The position numbers and the translations under genes are program-made. Shown piece by piece: positions 53,911 to 63,080 of a stretch of 64,000 bases of DNA. Source of the DNA: Trypanosoma brucei (Eukaryota); the NCBI GenBank assembly GCA_000002445.1, contig CH464491.1:3488001-3552000 (forward strand), given 5' to 3'. The stretch's first letter is position 1, and each line of letters opens with the position of its first letter. The notes beneath the pieces are model-generated. The model was not told the origin of the DNA, did not search any database, and was given only the letters and a program-made list of their open reading frames with translations.

Positions 53911-54738
53911 TTACCTGGTAACGGTAAAAGGCCTTACAACCCACTCGCTGTGCTCCTCTTTACATCCTGGACAAACAATTGGGAGCGGCTTCCCTTCCTT
54001 ATCTGACACCATAGGGACCAGCTCGCCATACTGATCCATACGCAGTAGCTCTCTGTTGCACTTGTCGCAGTAATACGCCATCAGCCTCCCTTTCGGACCC
54101 TGTTCCCTTGATGTGGGACTTTCTCTAGGGGCGTAGTTTCTCCACCGATCTTCTACTTCCTGCAAAATGCGCGTGATGTCTGCAGAAGTCTTTTTAAGAT
54201 CTCTTTCTGCTGGGGTACGTGCGGGAACGAAACCTGCTTGCTTCCCACTCTTTTGGTCGCTTATGACGTAGCTGTTTGATTGCTTAGAACGAATATTCGC
54301 ATGATTGTTGAAATCGTCAAATGGCACCGCGGGTTCCCAGTCATGGTGTAAAAGCATGCAGCGAGGGCAACTCATGGGTAGGGGTTCCCCAGAGGGGGAG
54401 TTAGTCAGTTCCAGTGGGTTTCCATTGTGGTCCATAGCGAGCACATAATAGCCGCACAGTCCACATTTCCATGAGATCTTTTTAGCTTTCGCCGGGGAGA
54501 TATAGGGTTCTTCATCCATGATCACAGATTGATCCATGATCAGCGGCTTACGGTCCTCCTCCTCCTCTCTGCGCCCCCTTTCACCATCTTCCGATACATT
54601 CGCGACGGTGGACCGTTCCGCCCCGCGACTGCTCCCTTCCGAGGCGGTGCCACTGACAATACCACTTCCCCCGATTGGGGCTCCCCTCGGTATGTTTTCT
54701 AACGTTTCCACATCACTTAACGTTGCACTACTCATCAT
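53911..54738 (-). CDS. Hypothetical zinc-finger protein with two internally duplicated CxxC...CPxC modules
   Basis: 275-aa ORF. Repeat A is 'CGLCGYYVLAMDHNGNPLELTNSPSGEPLPMSCPRCMLLHHDWEP'. Repeat B is 'YCDKCNRELLRMDQYGELVPMVSDKEGKPLPIVCPGCKEEHSEWVV'. The two share the pattern C-x2-C-x(8)-G-x-L-x(9-11)-PLP-x2-CP-x-C-x3-H-x-W. The N-terminus is Gly/Ser-rich. Confidence 0.55.
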   Translation of the reverse strand: MMSSATLSDVETLENIPRGAPIGGSGIVSGTASEGSSRGAERSTVANVSEDGERGRREEEEDRKPLIMDQSVIMDEEPYISPAKAKKISWKCGLCGYYVLAMDHNGNPLELTNSPSGEPLPMSCPRCMLLHHDWEPAVPFDDFNNHANIRSKQSNSYVISDQKSGKQAGFVPARTPAERDLKKTSADITRILQEVEDRWRNYAPRESPTSREQGPKGRLMAYYCDKCNRELLRMDQYGELVPMVSDKEGKPLPIVCPGCKEEHSEWVVRPFTVTR

Positions 54739-55739
54739 GTGCTTCTAATCCCCTCCCTCGTCCTCCCTGCTGGCTTGACGTGCGTGTGTGTGTGTGTGGG
54801 GACCGCCTATATCTCTTCGCAGGGAGAGAAAACGTATGTGGAAGTGCACAAAAAGACAACAAAGGTTAAAGCCAAACGGCGGAAAACACATTAAATGATC
54901 CGCATAGATGTAATGGTCAGGTATCCGAAGCCCGCTGTTGTTATTGTCAAGTTTTCAGAGCCACGGCCTACCGGTGAGGAGCAGCTCTAATGATACACAT
55001 AAACACATACAATTACAAACGCACAAAAAAGTAGAGATACGGGTGCGTTCCAACGCGTGTACACGCACACATGTTGTTGTGGACTCACTGAGGCACGTTC
55101 CACGAAAAGTACATGTATATAAATACATACATTTCATTAGTTCTTTCTTTACTTCTCTTCACATCGGTATTATTTCACTAAATCCCAAACGCATCCTTGT
55201 CGTCTCTGCCTTTTTTTGACCCCGTAAATTGGTGTCACCCATTACCCACCAATAACCAAGCAACTTTCCACATGCAGCTGCACTTTTTTCCATACACGCA
55301 TATATACATATGTTCTTTTCTCGCCTTTGCCTCACAATGACTGGAAGCACACAACAGGGAGAAAAACAGCAGTACACGATGCATATATATATATATATAT
55401 TTGGAAAAAGAGAAAAAAAATAATGAGCCGCTTGTTCAAAAACAAAGGAGAATAAATAAGGCTTCATTTCATGCAGCAGAGGCTGCTCGGGGGGTTGGGT
55501 TGGCACAAGCCATGAGGTCGAAAGGTGAAAAGAGTGTAGGCAGAAGGAATACTGCTATACAACGGAGTTGGGTGGGAAAGATACAAAACAACCGCAACAA
55601 ACCAAGTCACAAGCAACCAAAGAGAGACTTGTGTGCGTCGTGCCCCGCCTTAAAACCACTACACAGCGAAGAGACAAGGACCTATACATCACCTTTGCAA
55701 TATCAGCACTGCTGATGTTATCCCGAAGAACTCACCAGC

Positions 55740-57299
55740 CTATTTCAATTTTGAAGCTGTGCGTTTGGCGGATGTCGGCAAGCGCTCCCCCTTGCGTCCC
55801 ACTGGCTGACCAGGGACAACATCCGCAAGACCTTTCACGTCAATCATGCACACATCCACCACGTCTTCTCCCGGCGAAAGCCCACCCGTGACGTACACCC
55901 GCCTGCCCTTCCCCACCGCCAGTGAGTGAAGGCAACGGCTTGGAGTGTGGACCTCATTGGTGTCGCTTGTCCTAATCTTCACCCATGAGAGGGCAACGCC
56001 GTGTGCATCTTCTTCCAGCTGAATAATCCACGCATCCGACAGAATCTGACCACCAGCCCCAATCCCACCGTGGACAAAGAGCTCGCACGGGCTAAGCACA
56101 CACGCAGCATGCCCATACCTCGGCGCCGGCCCCATATTATTCACGACTGCTGAAGTGACTACCCATTTCTCGTTCTCCACGTCGTACACAGCAACGTCAT
56201 TACAGAACTCAAATTCCATACTTGGAATCACTATGGAAGCCCTGGGATCCACCTTCGAGGCCTTCTTGGCTTTTCCATGCGAGGTTTCCGTATTAACTCG
56301 CGCCTGTCGACCTCCGTACACAACAATGTACCGCTCCAGTAGCAAACCGGCAACATGAGAGGAGCGGGGATGGGGTTTTGAACCCCCTGTCTCATTTTTT
56401 GTTGACACCCCTCGTTCGATCCATCTGTTCGTTGTAAGATCTGCCTTTTCCATCGAAGACGTGCACCCCGCGCTATTATTACCGCCGAAAACATACACAA
56501 GGTTCTTGACAACGGTTGCAGTTGAGCACGACGAGGCCATCACAGGTGACGACGGCAAACTCTTAATATAGGCAACGGACCCAGTGCCCAGATCAATGCT
56601 TTTGCTGCGGTGGGCATACTTGGAGTCTTTCCACCCACCGACAAATAACACTACTGGGGCTTTTGCAGAAGCTCGCGCAGAGGCTGCGTGCGGTGCCTCC
56701 GCGCTTTCCCTATCCTCTGCCTTTTCTTTTTTAGGATCCCGTTTGTTCCTTTCGATTAGTTCCATTAACGTACCTGCGGGCTGAATCACTGGCGGGTTCT
56801 TCACTGCCGGTTCCTCATGCTGCGTCTTCCACTGTAGGGCAATTCCCGCCAACGTCGGCCATGTAAGATCCTGAAGCCCATTACTTGGGAAGGTGGCGCA
56901 AGTCTCTACCGGTGATTGGCCATCGCTACTTCCAGCACTTTCAGAACCTTCCCCAACAGAGTCCTTGTCAGCTGATTCGTGTAGACGTTGTGCCTCCTCT
57001 TCCTCTTCGTCACGTTGCGCAATCCACATCTGCTCTTCAGTGTTCCATGACTCTAGAAAGGGCATGGTTAGTGCGGACTTATCTTCGTGGGGCAGAGTAA
57101 GTGCCTTCGGCAGAGACGACACATCACACCCACCGACAACGCACAGGTGGCCATTTGCAGGGTGAATAAATGAGATGTGACCGATGCGCATCCCCGAAGG
57201 CGCGTTGACGGAAGAAGCGAGTTGTACCGTTGCGTCTAAAAGCCCTGGTGGCCTCTTGTCCACGGCCACATCACCCGGCTTGGAACGCTTGGGCGGCAT
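55740..57299 (-). CDS. Kelch-repeat (beta-propeller) protein
   Basis: 519-aa ORF with repeated Kelch-like blades: 'LVYVFGGNNS', 'YIVVYGGRQA', 'LFVHGGIGAGGQ', 'VYVTGGLSPGED' and 'HLCVVGGCD'. The di-Gly plus hydrophobic spacing with W/Y residues is typical of Kelch/galactose-oxidase propellers. Confidence 0.65.
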   Translation of the reverse strand: MPPKRSKPGDVAVDKRPPGLLDATVQLASSVNAPSGMRIGHISFIHPANGHLCVVGGCDVSSLPKALTLPHEDKSALTMPFLESWNTEEQMWIAQRDEEEEEAQRLHESADKDSVGEGSESAGSSDGQSPVETCATFPSNGLQDLTWPTLAGIALQWKTQHEEPAVKNPPVIQPAGTLMELIERNKRDPKKEKAEDRESAEAPHAASARASAKAPVVLFVGGWKDSKYAHRSKSIDLGTGSVAYIKSLPSSPVMASSCSTATVVKNLVYVFGGNNSAGCTSSMEKADLTTNRWIERGVSTKNETGGSKPHPRSSHVAGLLLERYIVVYGGRQARVNTETSHGKAKKASKVDPRASIVIPSMEFEFCNDVAVYDVENEKWVVTSAVVNNMGPAPRYGHAACVLSPCELFVHGGIGAGGQILSDAWIIQLEEDAHGVALSWVKIRTSDTNEVHTPSRCLHSLAVGKGRRVYVTGGLSPGEDVVDVCMIDVKGLADVVPGQPVGRKGERLPTSAKRTASKLK

Positions 57300-57861
57300 T
57301 ACTACCTTTCGTTTTTATTATGTCGTCTTTCCTTCCTATTATTTCCAACCTACGGACAAATATGCCCTCCTGCTTATGTGCACTTGCGGGATTCCTGGAA
57401 GACGCTCGCGAAGGCAAAATTAAATAAATGTGGATACACAGCATATAAATACATATATGTATTGGGGTCATCAAGGACGGCTTTTTGAACCAGTGCGTGC
57501 ATCGTCCGTTCAGGAACCGCCGTCCAAACCGATAGCGATTAAGTAGCACTATCTGCACTGGTGCAACTCCTGTTGAATGAAAGATTATGCCCCCTCTGGT
57601 TCCAGAGCAGGGGGAGGGGAAGGAGGGAAACTTGTAACAACAGATGAATCCGGAGACATTTGCTGCGTGCCGACAGGATGATGCGCCAACTATTTCCCTA
57701 CCCTTCGGCTTCTCTCCACAAACACGCGAATCCGGAGAAAAAGATAAAAAAAACCAACCAAGAGATCCTTTTGCGGTCCCAGAACCGTTTCACTCTTGGT
57801 TGTCTTTAAATGGGAACGGATTAGAGCACATGGTGACGCTTAGTTACCTCCTCCGTCAGCT

Positions 57862-58587
57862 TCACCGTACTGCCTTTCTGTCTATATCGTCGATCTTCTG
57901 GACCAAATCTTCGCCAAGAATACGTTCAGCCGTATTTGCGAGCCGGTTGACCCAACTGGGCATCAGGACGGGTACCTCGACTGACTGACCGCCTGAGAGC
58001 CGCACCACCTCGCGTTCACCGTTATCGTATACCTCCACAACGCTACTTGATCCGTCCTTCTTTTCTCTTGCCTGGTGCTGATCGTATCGCACGTCGGGGG
58101 GAAGCAGCCGCTTGGCAAACGCCTCTGAAAAAGAGTTACAGTTGTTCTTCACAATGTGGTAAGATCGACCGGACCACCGCTCTCTGTTTCCTTTCATCTC
58201 CTGCACTAAGCCAAGCACTTCCCCGCGCGTTAGCTGAGTCGTGCCCAACACCAACTGCTCGCGGAAGGTATGCGGAGGCGTGTTTTTTGGCTCCACTTGG
58301 AACACGCCTGTATCTTCTTCGCAGCGGCCGAAAGCAAATTCCATCCCGTACAATTCAACGCCGGTGTGGTGGACACCCGCTCCGGTGTAGTAGAGTATAC
58401 GGTTGGCTACCGTTATATCATACACGTTGAGGAAGACGGTGTTTGGGGGCAGGTCAGATCGCACTTTCCTGTCGTTTCCCCCGATATCAAGGCGGCCTAA
58501 GATGTTGGTAACCGTGGCAGCAACACCACTGGCCAGCCCTGCAAAGGGAGTGGCGGGTTGACCTTGTTCCATGCCTGTTCTGTGCAA
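57862..58587 (-). CDS. PPPDE-domain (DeSI-like) putative deSUMOylating/deubiquitinating peptidase
   Basis: 241-aa ORF. 'VFLNVYDI', 'HHTGVELYGMEFAFG' and 'YHIVKNNCNSFSEAFAKRL' match the PPPDE/DUF862 signature, with the catalytic His and Cys retained. It is a paralogue of the ORF at 50477..51484. Confidence 0.75.
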   Translation of the reverse strand: MHRTGMEQGQPATPFAGLASGVAATVTNILGRLDIGGNDRKVRSDLPPNTVFLNVYDITVANRILYYTGAGVHHTGVELYGMEFAFGRCEEDTGVFQVEPKNTPPHTFREQLVLGTTQLTRGEVLGLVQEMKGNRERWSGRSYHIVKNNCNSFSEAFAKRLLPPDVRYDQHQAREKKDGSSSVVEVYDNGEREVVRLSGGQSVEVPVLMPSWVNRLANTAERILGEDLVQKIDDIDRKAVR

Positions 58588-58914
58588 GGAAATGGACGCA
58601 AGAAAAAGGATTCAAGACGCACAAAAGCTATGAGAGGCAGACGTAGCATTTGCGAAGTAACAGTCGAAAAGAATGCAACCAACTGCCCTCAATTTAGATG
58701 GGAATAAGAGAGGATATAACTTTACAGACACCAGCCACCAAGACAAGAGTTGCGTATGAAGACATGCATACACCAGGGTCGCGGAGTTACCAAAGAGGGG
58801 ACCGCGGTCCGCGGTACTCCATTTATCTCACCCCTCCATACCGGCAGGAGGCGCAGTGGATCCTTTCTTGGTCCACGTTTTCCCAGACAACTCTTGACAG
58901 CCTCCAGCGCTTTC

Positions 58915-59898
58915 TCAAGGGGTCTCGTCATCGCTATCGTCTAGCACCACTACTTCTGCCATCTTCTGGTCTCCCTCGTCGTCGTCGTCGCTACTGCCGA
59001 TGACAATGACTTCCACCCCCGCCTTCCGGTTTGCTGACCCGAGACTTGGATGCTTTTTAACTTCATTCCGCTCCGTTTTCCCCCATTCAAATCCGTCAAG
59101 GGGACAGGTGACGTGCATTTTGTACTGCCGCTCAAAAAATCGTGCTTGGTCTAAGGCAGTAAAGTATGCCGACACCAGCTCTGCTTGCGGCACTTCCCCC
59201 GGGGGCAGAAGAACCAAAACCTCCCCATTCACGGTGGGATCACTCGAGACTATTCGCGTGGCAGTTCCACCGCCGTCGGTATCACTTGTTGCAACACACG
59301 ACAAACTGCGCACCTCGGCCCAGCGTTCCTCCGAGAGGCAAGCCTCAACAACATGACTGTTCGCCTTACAGCAGTCACTCCCCACCTGTGTGAAGGCAAT
59401 ATCTAATGCCACGCTCCGCAGTTCAGACTCGCTTGGACTATGTGGCGCCCCATGGTTTTTACTATCATACTTCTCTACCTTTTCCACCGACCCTTCGTCA
59501 GACGAACTCATCATCATCTCCAGGGGCACTGACGACATGCGGAGGAGTTGTATAATGTAACGCACATGCACCGGCACACCACAACACCACACGAGTACAA
59601 AAACATGCCGCCGAATGTCAGGAATGAGCCACCCGGATACATTCAAAGCGAAGGATGTGGTGTTCTCGTCCATGTACAAAACCGCACCCCGCCTAATCGC
59701 ATCCACAACTGTGGCGCTGCAATATGTAAGAATATACTTATGTTTGCAGATATAAAGCAAAAGAAGGGGGGAAAACACTGGACCCCGGCAACACCTCCTT
59801 CCTTTCGCCGCTGGCCAACCAAACCTTGTGACTAAGGAAAAGAAGAGAGTGAAAAGTGGAGGCGATGGACAAATAGTTGGGATAAGTAGGTAACGCAA
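58915..59898 (-). CDS. Hypothetical protein with two C-terminal SIM-like motifs (hydrophobic V/I core followed by acidic/Ser runs)
   Basis: 327-aa ORF. The first ~75 codons are low-complexity and probably spacer, so the real start may be the Met at about 59673 ('MDENTTSF...') or later. The C-terminal 'GVEVIVIGSSDDDDEGDQKMAEVVVLDDSDDETP' contains two [VI][VI]x[VI] cores flanked by Asp/Ser/Glu, which is the canonical SUMO-interaction-motif architecture. Confidence 0.45.
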   Translation of the reverse strand: MRYLLIPTICPSPPLFTLFFSLVTRFGWPAAKGRRCCRGPVFSPLLLLYICKHKYILTYCSATVVDAIRRGAVLYMDENTTSFALNVSGWLIPDIRRHVFVLVWCCGVPVHVRYIIQLLRMSSVPLEMMMSSSDEGSVEKVEKYDSKNHGAPHSPSESELRSVALDIAFTQVGSDCCKANSHVVEACLSEERWAEVRSLSCVATSDTDGGGTATRIVSSDPTVNGEVLVLLPPGEVPQAELVSAYFTALDQARFFERQYKMHVTCPLDGFEWGKTERNEVKKHPSLGSANRKAGVEVIVIGSSDDDDEGDQKMAEVVVLDDSDDETP

Positions 59899-60300
59899 TC
59901 ATTGCCCGCGGTTGGACGCAGTCTGAAGTAGTTCTGCAAGGCAGATTTGAGGGAAAGATGCGGCTATTTGTAATCATCCACAGCGCATGCCCTGTGGAGG
60001 TCCACAACATCGTTCTATCCACCTCCCTGCCATCTTGTGCACGGTGAATATTCTACATAAATTTACGTAGCACAACACAGTAAAGATGTCTTCGTGTATT
60101 TTCGGAGGGGGAAAAAAAAGAGATTACGCGCACACGCAACCATCCGAATAAAAATGAGAGAAGCACAGGTGACATGTCTGAGGGAGACAGACTGTAGTGC
60201 CACCAACATGCAGGTTTCATGTTCTCCCTCTGGCCGTGAAGACGCCGAAGCGAATACCCGCACCTGCGTGTGATGGCGCTTTCCTTTGAATATTCTTGCA

Positions 60301-61416
60301 CTAGAACAAGCCGCTTCTCCTAAGTTTGTCAACAAGTTGCCTGTGGTGCTGAAGGGAACATTCGTCGGCGCCTTCCCCCTTTTCATATATTGGGGGAATG
60401 TTGCCATCTGTTGTGAAGGAAGGGCCAAACAATTTGCAGTCTACGCCCCGTACTGTAGCCACTGTGGTGGCTGTGTAGGGATGGGATGGACAGCTGAATT
60501 TGCGCGATCCAAAAGCCTCTTCGGCTCGCTCCTCTATGCACCTGCGTGATAGCTCACTTTCCTTCATCAGCTCAAGTTTGTGTGCACGCTGTTTCATGAG
60601 AGCCTCATCACGAAACAGATGCTCTAACACGATCAATTCAGTTCGCTCGCGCCCAACACCCGTACTCCAGCACATGTAATCGCGTATGTTGAAAATGTTT
60701 ATTGCCGTGAATCCCTGATCGAGGTCTAAGTAACGCAGACAAGGTCGCTGTACCCCCCACGCGCGTTGAGCTTTGCGTAAAAGCAACGCCCAGTGACCCT
60801 CACCCGCGCCGCTCACGGTCCTGCTGCTGAGAAGGATCGCCTCCTCGGCATCGCTATGACGGAGAACGACGCGAACACCGAGCTTCACTAGCAGGAGGGG
60901 CGGAAGTAGTGGGTAGAGCGGCAGCTTCACAACATCATCATCTGCGTGGAGCACGGGGGGGCTAGGGGCTGCTGTTGAGGAATTTGCGAGAGAACTCACT
61001 CCTGTCTCGTCTTCTGGTTTACTACTGTGGACTGGTGGCAACAATATCGAGGACGAAAAGTGCACCAGCGATGCGGGTGGTGAAAGTTTCTTAAAAACGT
61101 ACATTTTCTCTGTCAACGGCTGAGGAAGGTGATGAATGTCGTCAACTACGTCGCGATGGTGAGGTATGGGGACATAACCGTACAACCAGATGTTGAAGTC
61201 GTCATCGTCGTCGATGATGATATCACACGTTCCGTTTGGCGGGCTCAGCGCTTTCGGGTTGCTTGGAAGCTTATATTTGAAGATGGGGTCGTAATTGCTA
61301 CCGTAAGCTTCTTGCACTTGAGCGACCAGCTGTCGGTAGCTGTTGGCATGGGACCACATGCCTTCGCCCGGGCAGCTTCCCAAAAGCAGTAGGAACCTTG
61401 GGCCATACTCCGTCAT
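60301..61416 (-). CDS. Hypothetical protein with a protein-tyrosine-phosphatase-like P-loop (C-W-STGVGR, a CX5R signature with a one-residue insertion); possible divergent or pseudo-phosphatase
   Basis: 371-aa ORF. 'RDYMCWSTGVGRERTE' (aa 246-261, nt 60649-60672) matches the PTP/DSP active-site signature 'HCSAGVGRTG' except for an inserted Trp after the Cys. An acidic 'DIIIDDDDDF' tract and a Pro-rich linker precede it. The start ATG lies at 61414-61416. Confidence 0.5.
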   Translation of the reverse strand: MTEYGPRFLLLLGSCPGEGMWSHANSYRQLVAQVQEAYGSNYDPIFKYKLPSNPKALSPPNGTCDIIIDDDDDFNIWLYGYVPIPHHRDVVDDIHHLPQPLTEKMYVFKKLSPPASLVHFSSSILLPPVHSSKPEDETGVSSLANSSTAAPSPPVLHADDDVVKLPLYPLLPPLLLVKLGVRVVLRHSDAEEAILLSSRTVSGAGEGHWALLLRKAQRAWGVQRPCLRYLDLDQGFTAINIFNIRDYMCWSTGVGRERTELIVLEHLFRDEALMKQRAHKLELMKESELSRRCIEERAEEAFGSRKFSCPSHPYTATTVATVRGVDCKLFGPSFTTDGNIPPIYEKGEGADECSLQHHRQLVDKLRRSGLF

Positions 61417-62691
61417 GGCTTCGTGTTGAGGCTCCTTTCTTGAGGTGCAGGAGCTTTCGCACAGAACTTGCTCTAAACTTCACCAAAAAAAAAGAATGAG
61501 AAAGCCAGGAATAAGACAGTTACGGCACATATGTACATGCATATATTCGGTTCACGCAGTGGTGAAATAGAAAAGAAGATCAGCCAGTAAAAGGAGGGTG
61601 TTAGCGTGAGTGTGCCTCAGTGACCAGGTGCCAATATATGTAGCTCCTCGTGAATGAATTCATACAAAGAAAAACACCTTTGTTTTTCATTTCCGTTTTG
61701 GTGAGACGTCTTCTCTACACCTGACCTTGGCCCCGGAACGCGCACACATTCTAGTAAGTGAAAATTGTTCTTGAGTGAAAATTCCTCGCATCTGTGGTCG
61801 CACAACAGATGGCGGCCTCCTTCCTCCTTTTCCCCATTCTTTATCTTTATATACATTTCGGTGGAAGATCAGATATCTCTTCGCACTACGAGCTTTGATT
61901 GATGCGGCTTAGGGACGAGAAGCGAAGGAAGAAGGCGGCGACTGCGAAGGTAGCGATAACTGCGTCAGACCGCCACCCCTTCCTTTTTTTCTTCCTTCTT
62001 CCCTTGCACTCCGGTGGTTGTTGGGTGGGAAGGGGCGAATTGAAGAAAATTGTACAAAGTGAGAAGGAACCGCGGGGTGCTACACCGTTTCCCTTTTTTG
62101 CTCTACTGCTTCGCCCTGGGCGTGTTTTCGCTGTGCGCGAATGCGAAGCGAGGAATGAGACGGCCCGGGCGTCCTTCGGAGGGATAGGTGAGAGAGTAAT
62201 GAACCAGGAGCGCCAACAAGCGTAATAGTACTCAAACCAGCAACAATATCGACAATAAGGGAATGATGACGCAAACGATAAGTGTGTGTAGACAAACGCT
62301 TGCTGTATATCGCGTAGTATCGCTGGTGACGTGTCAAACCACCTCCTGCCCGCTTCCCTCTTCAACCCCTGTGGTACCCGTCCTAACCTTCTTTCTTTTC
62401 TTTCGTTATTCCCCGTCTCCCCCGTCTTTGCAACGAAACCCTGGAAGAAGGTGAGAACCAACCACCAAATCAACCAAGAAAAAAAAAAAACTCAATAATA
62501 CATTGAACACCATCTAATAGAAAAGTAAAACCTCCCTACGGGTAGTGGTGATGGTGATACGAAACAGGCGAAAGGCGCACCGACTAGGGAACAAACACAC
62601 ATCACGCCAGAACAAAAACCTGCAAAGAAGTGTGCGTATGGACGTATGTTTGATCATCTGCCTATATACATGTAATTATTGCACACACGCA

Positions 62692-62720
62692 AACACACAC
62701 ACACACACACACACATATAT
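62692..62720. repeat. (CA)n-(TA)n microsatellite
   Basis: The sequence 'aacacacacacacacacacacacatatatac' is directly visible. Confidence 0.85.
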
Positions 62721-63080
62721 ACACGGGCTTTACCGGACAACCCGCACCGTCACGGCTGTGTGGTGGTTCGTGCGCATGTATGTATGTATATGTGTGTGTG
62801 TTTGTTTCGCCCCACCTCTTCGCTTCTGACTGTCTTTTACTGCTCTCTTGTTACATTTATTCGACATCATGACTTTTACCATCATCAACTTGCTACACTG
62901 CATAAAAGCGTCTCTAACATTGTTTTTTCGCTGCTTTTCCACTTGGTTGCAGTGGCAGTAACGGAAAAGAGGGAAAAGGTTGATGAGGAGGGGAAAACTT
63001 CGCAGAAAGCGAAGGTCTCTGCACCGAAGAGGTACGAAATGTTATTCATCCCATAATCTATTCTCTCTCCCATTTGCCCT

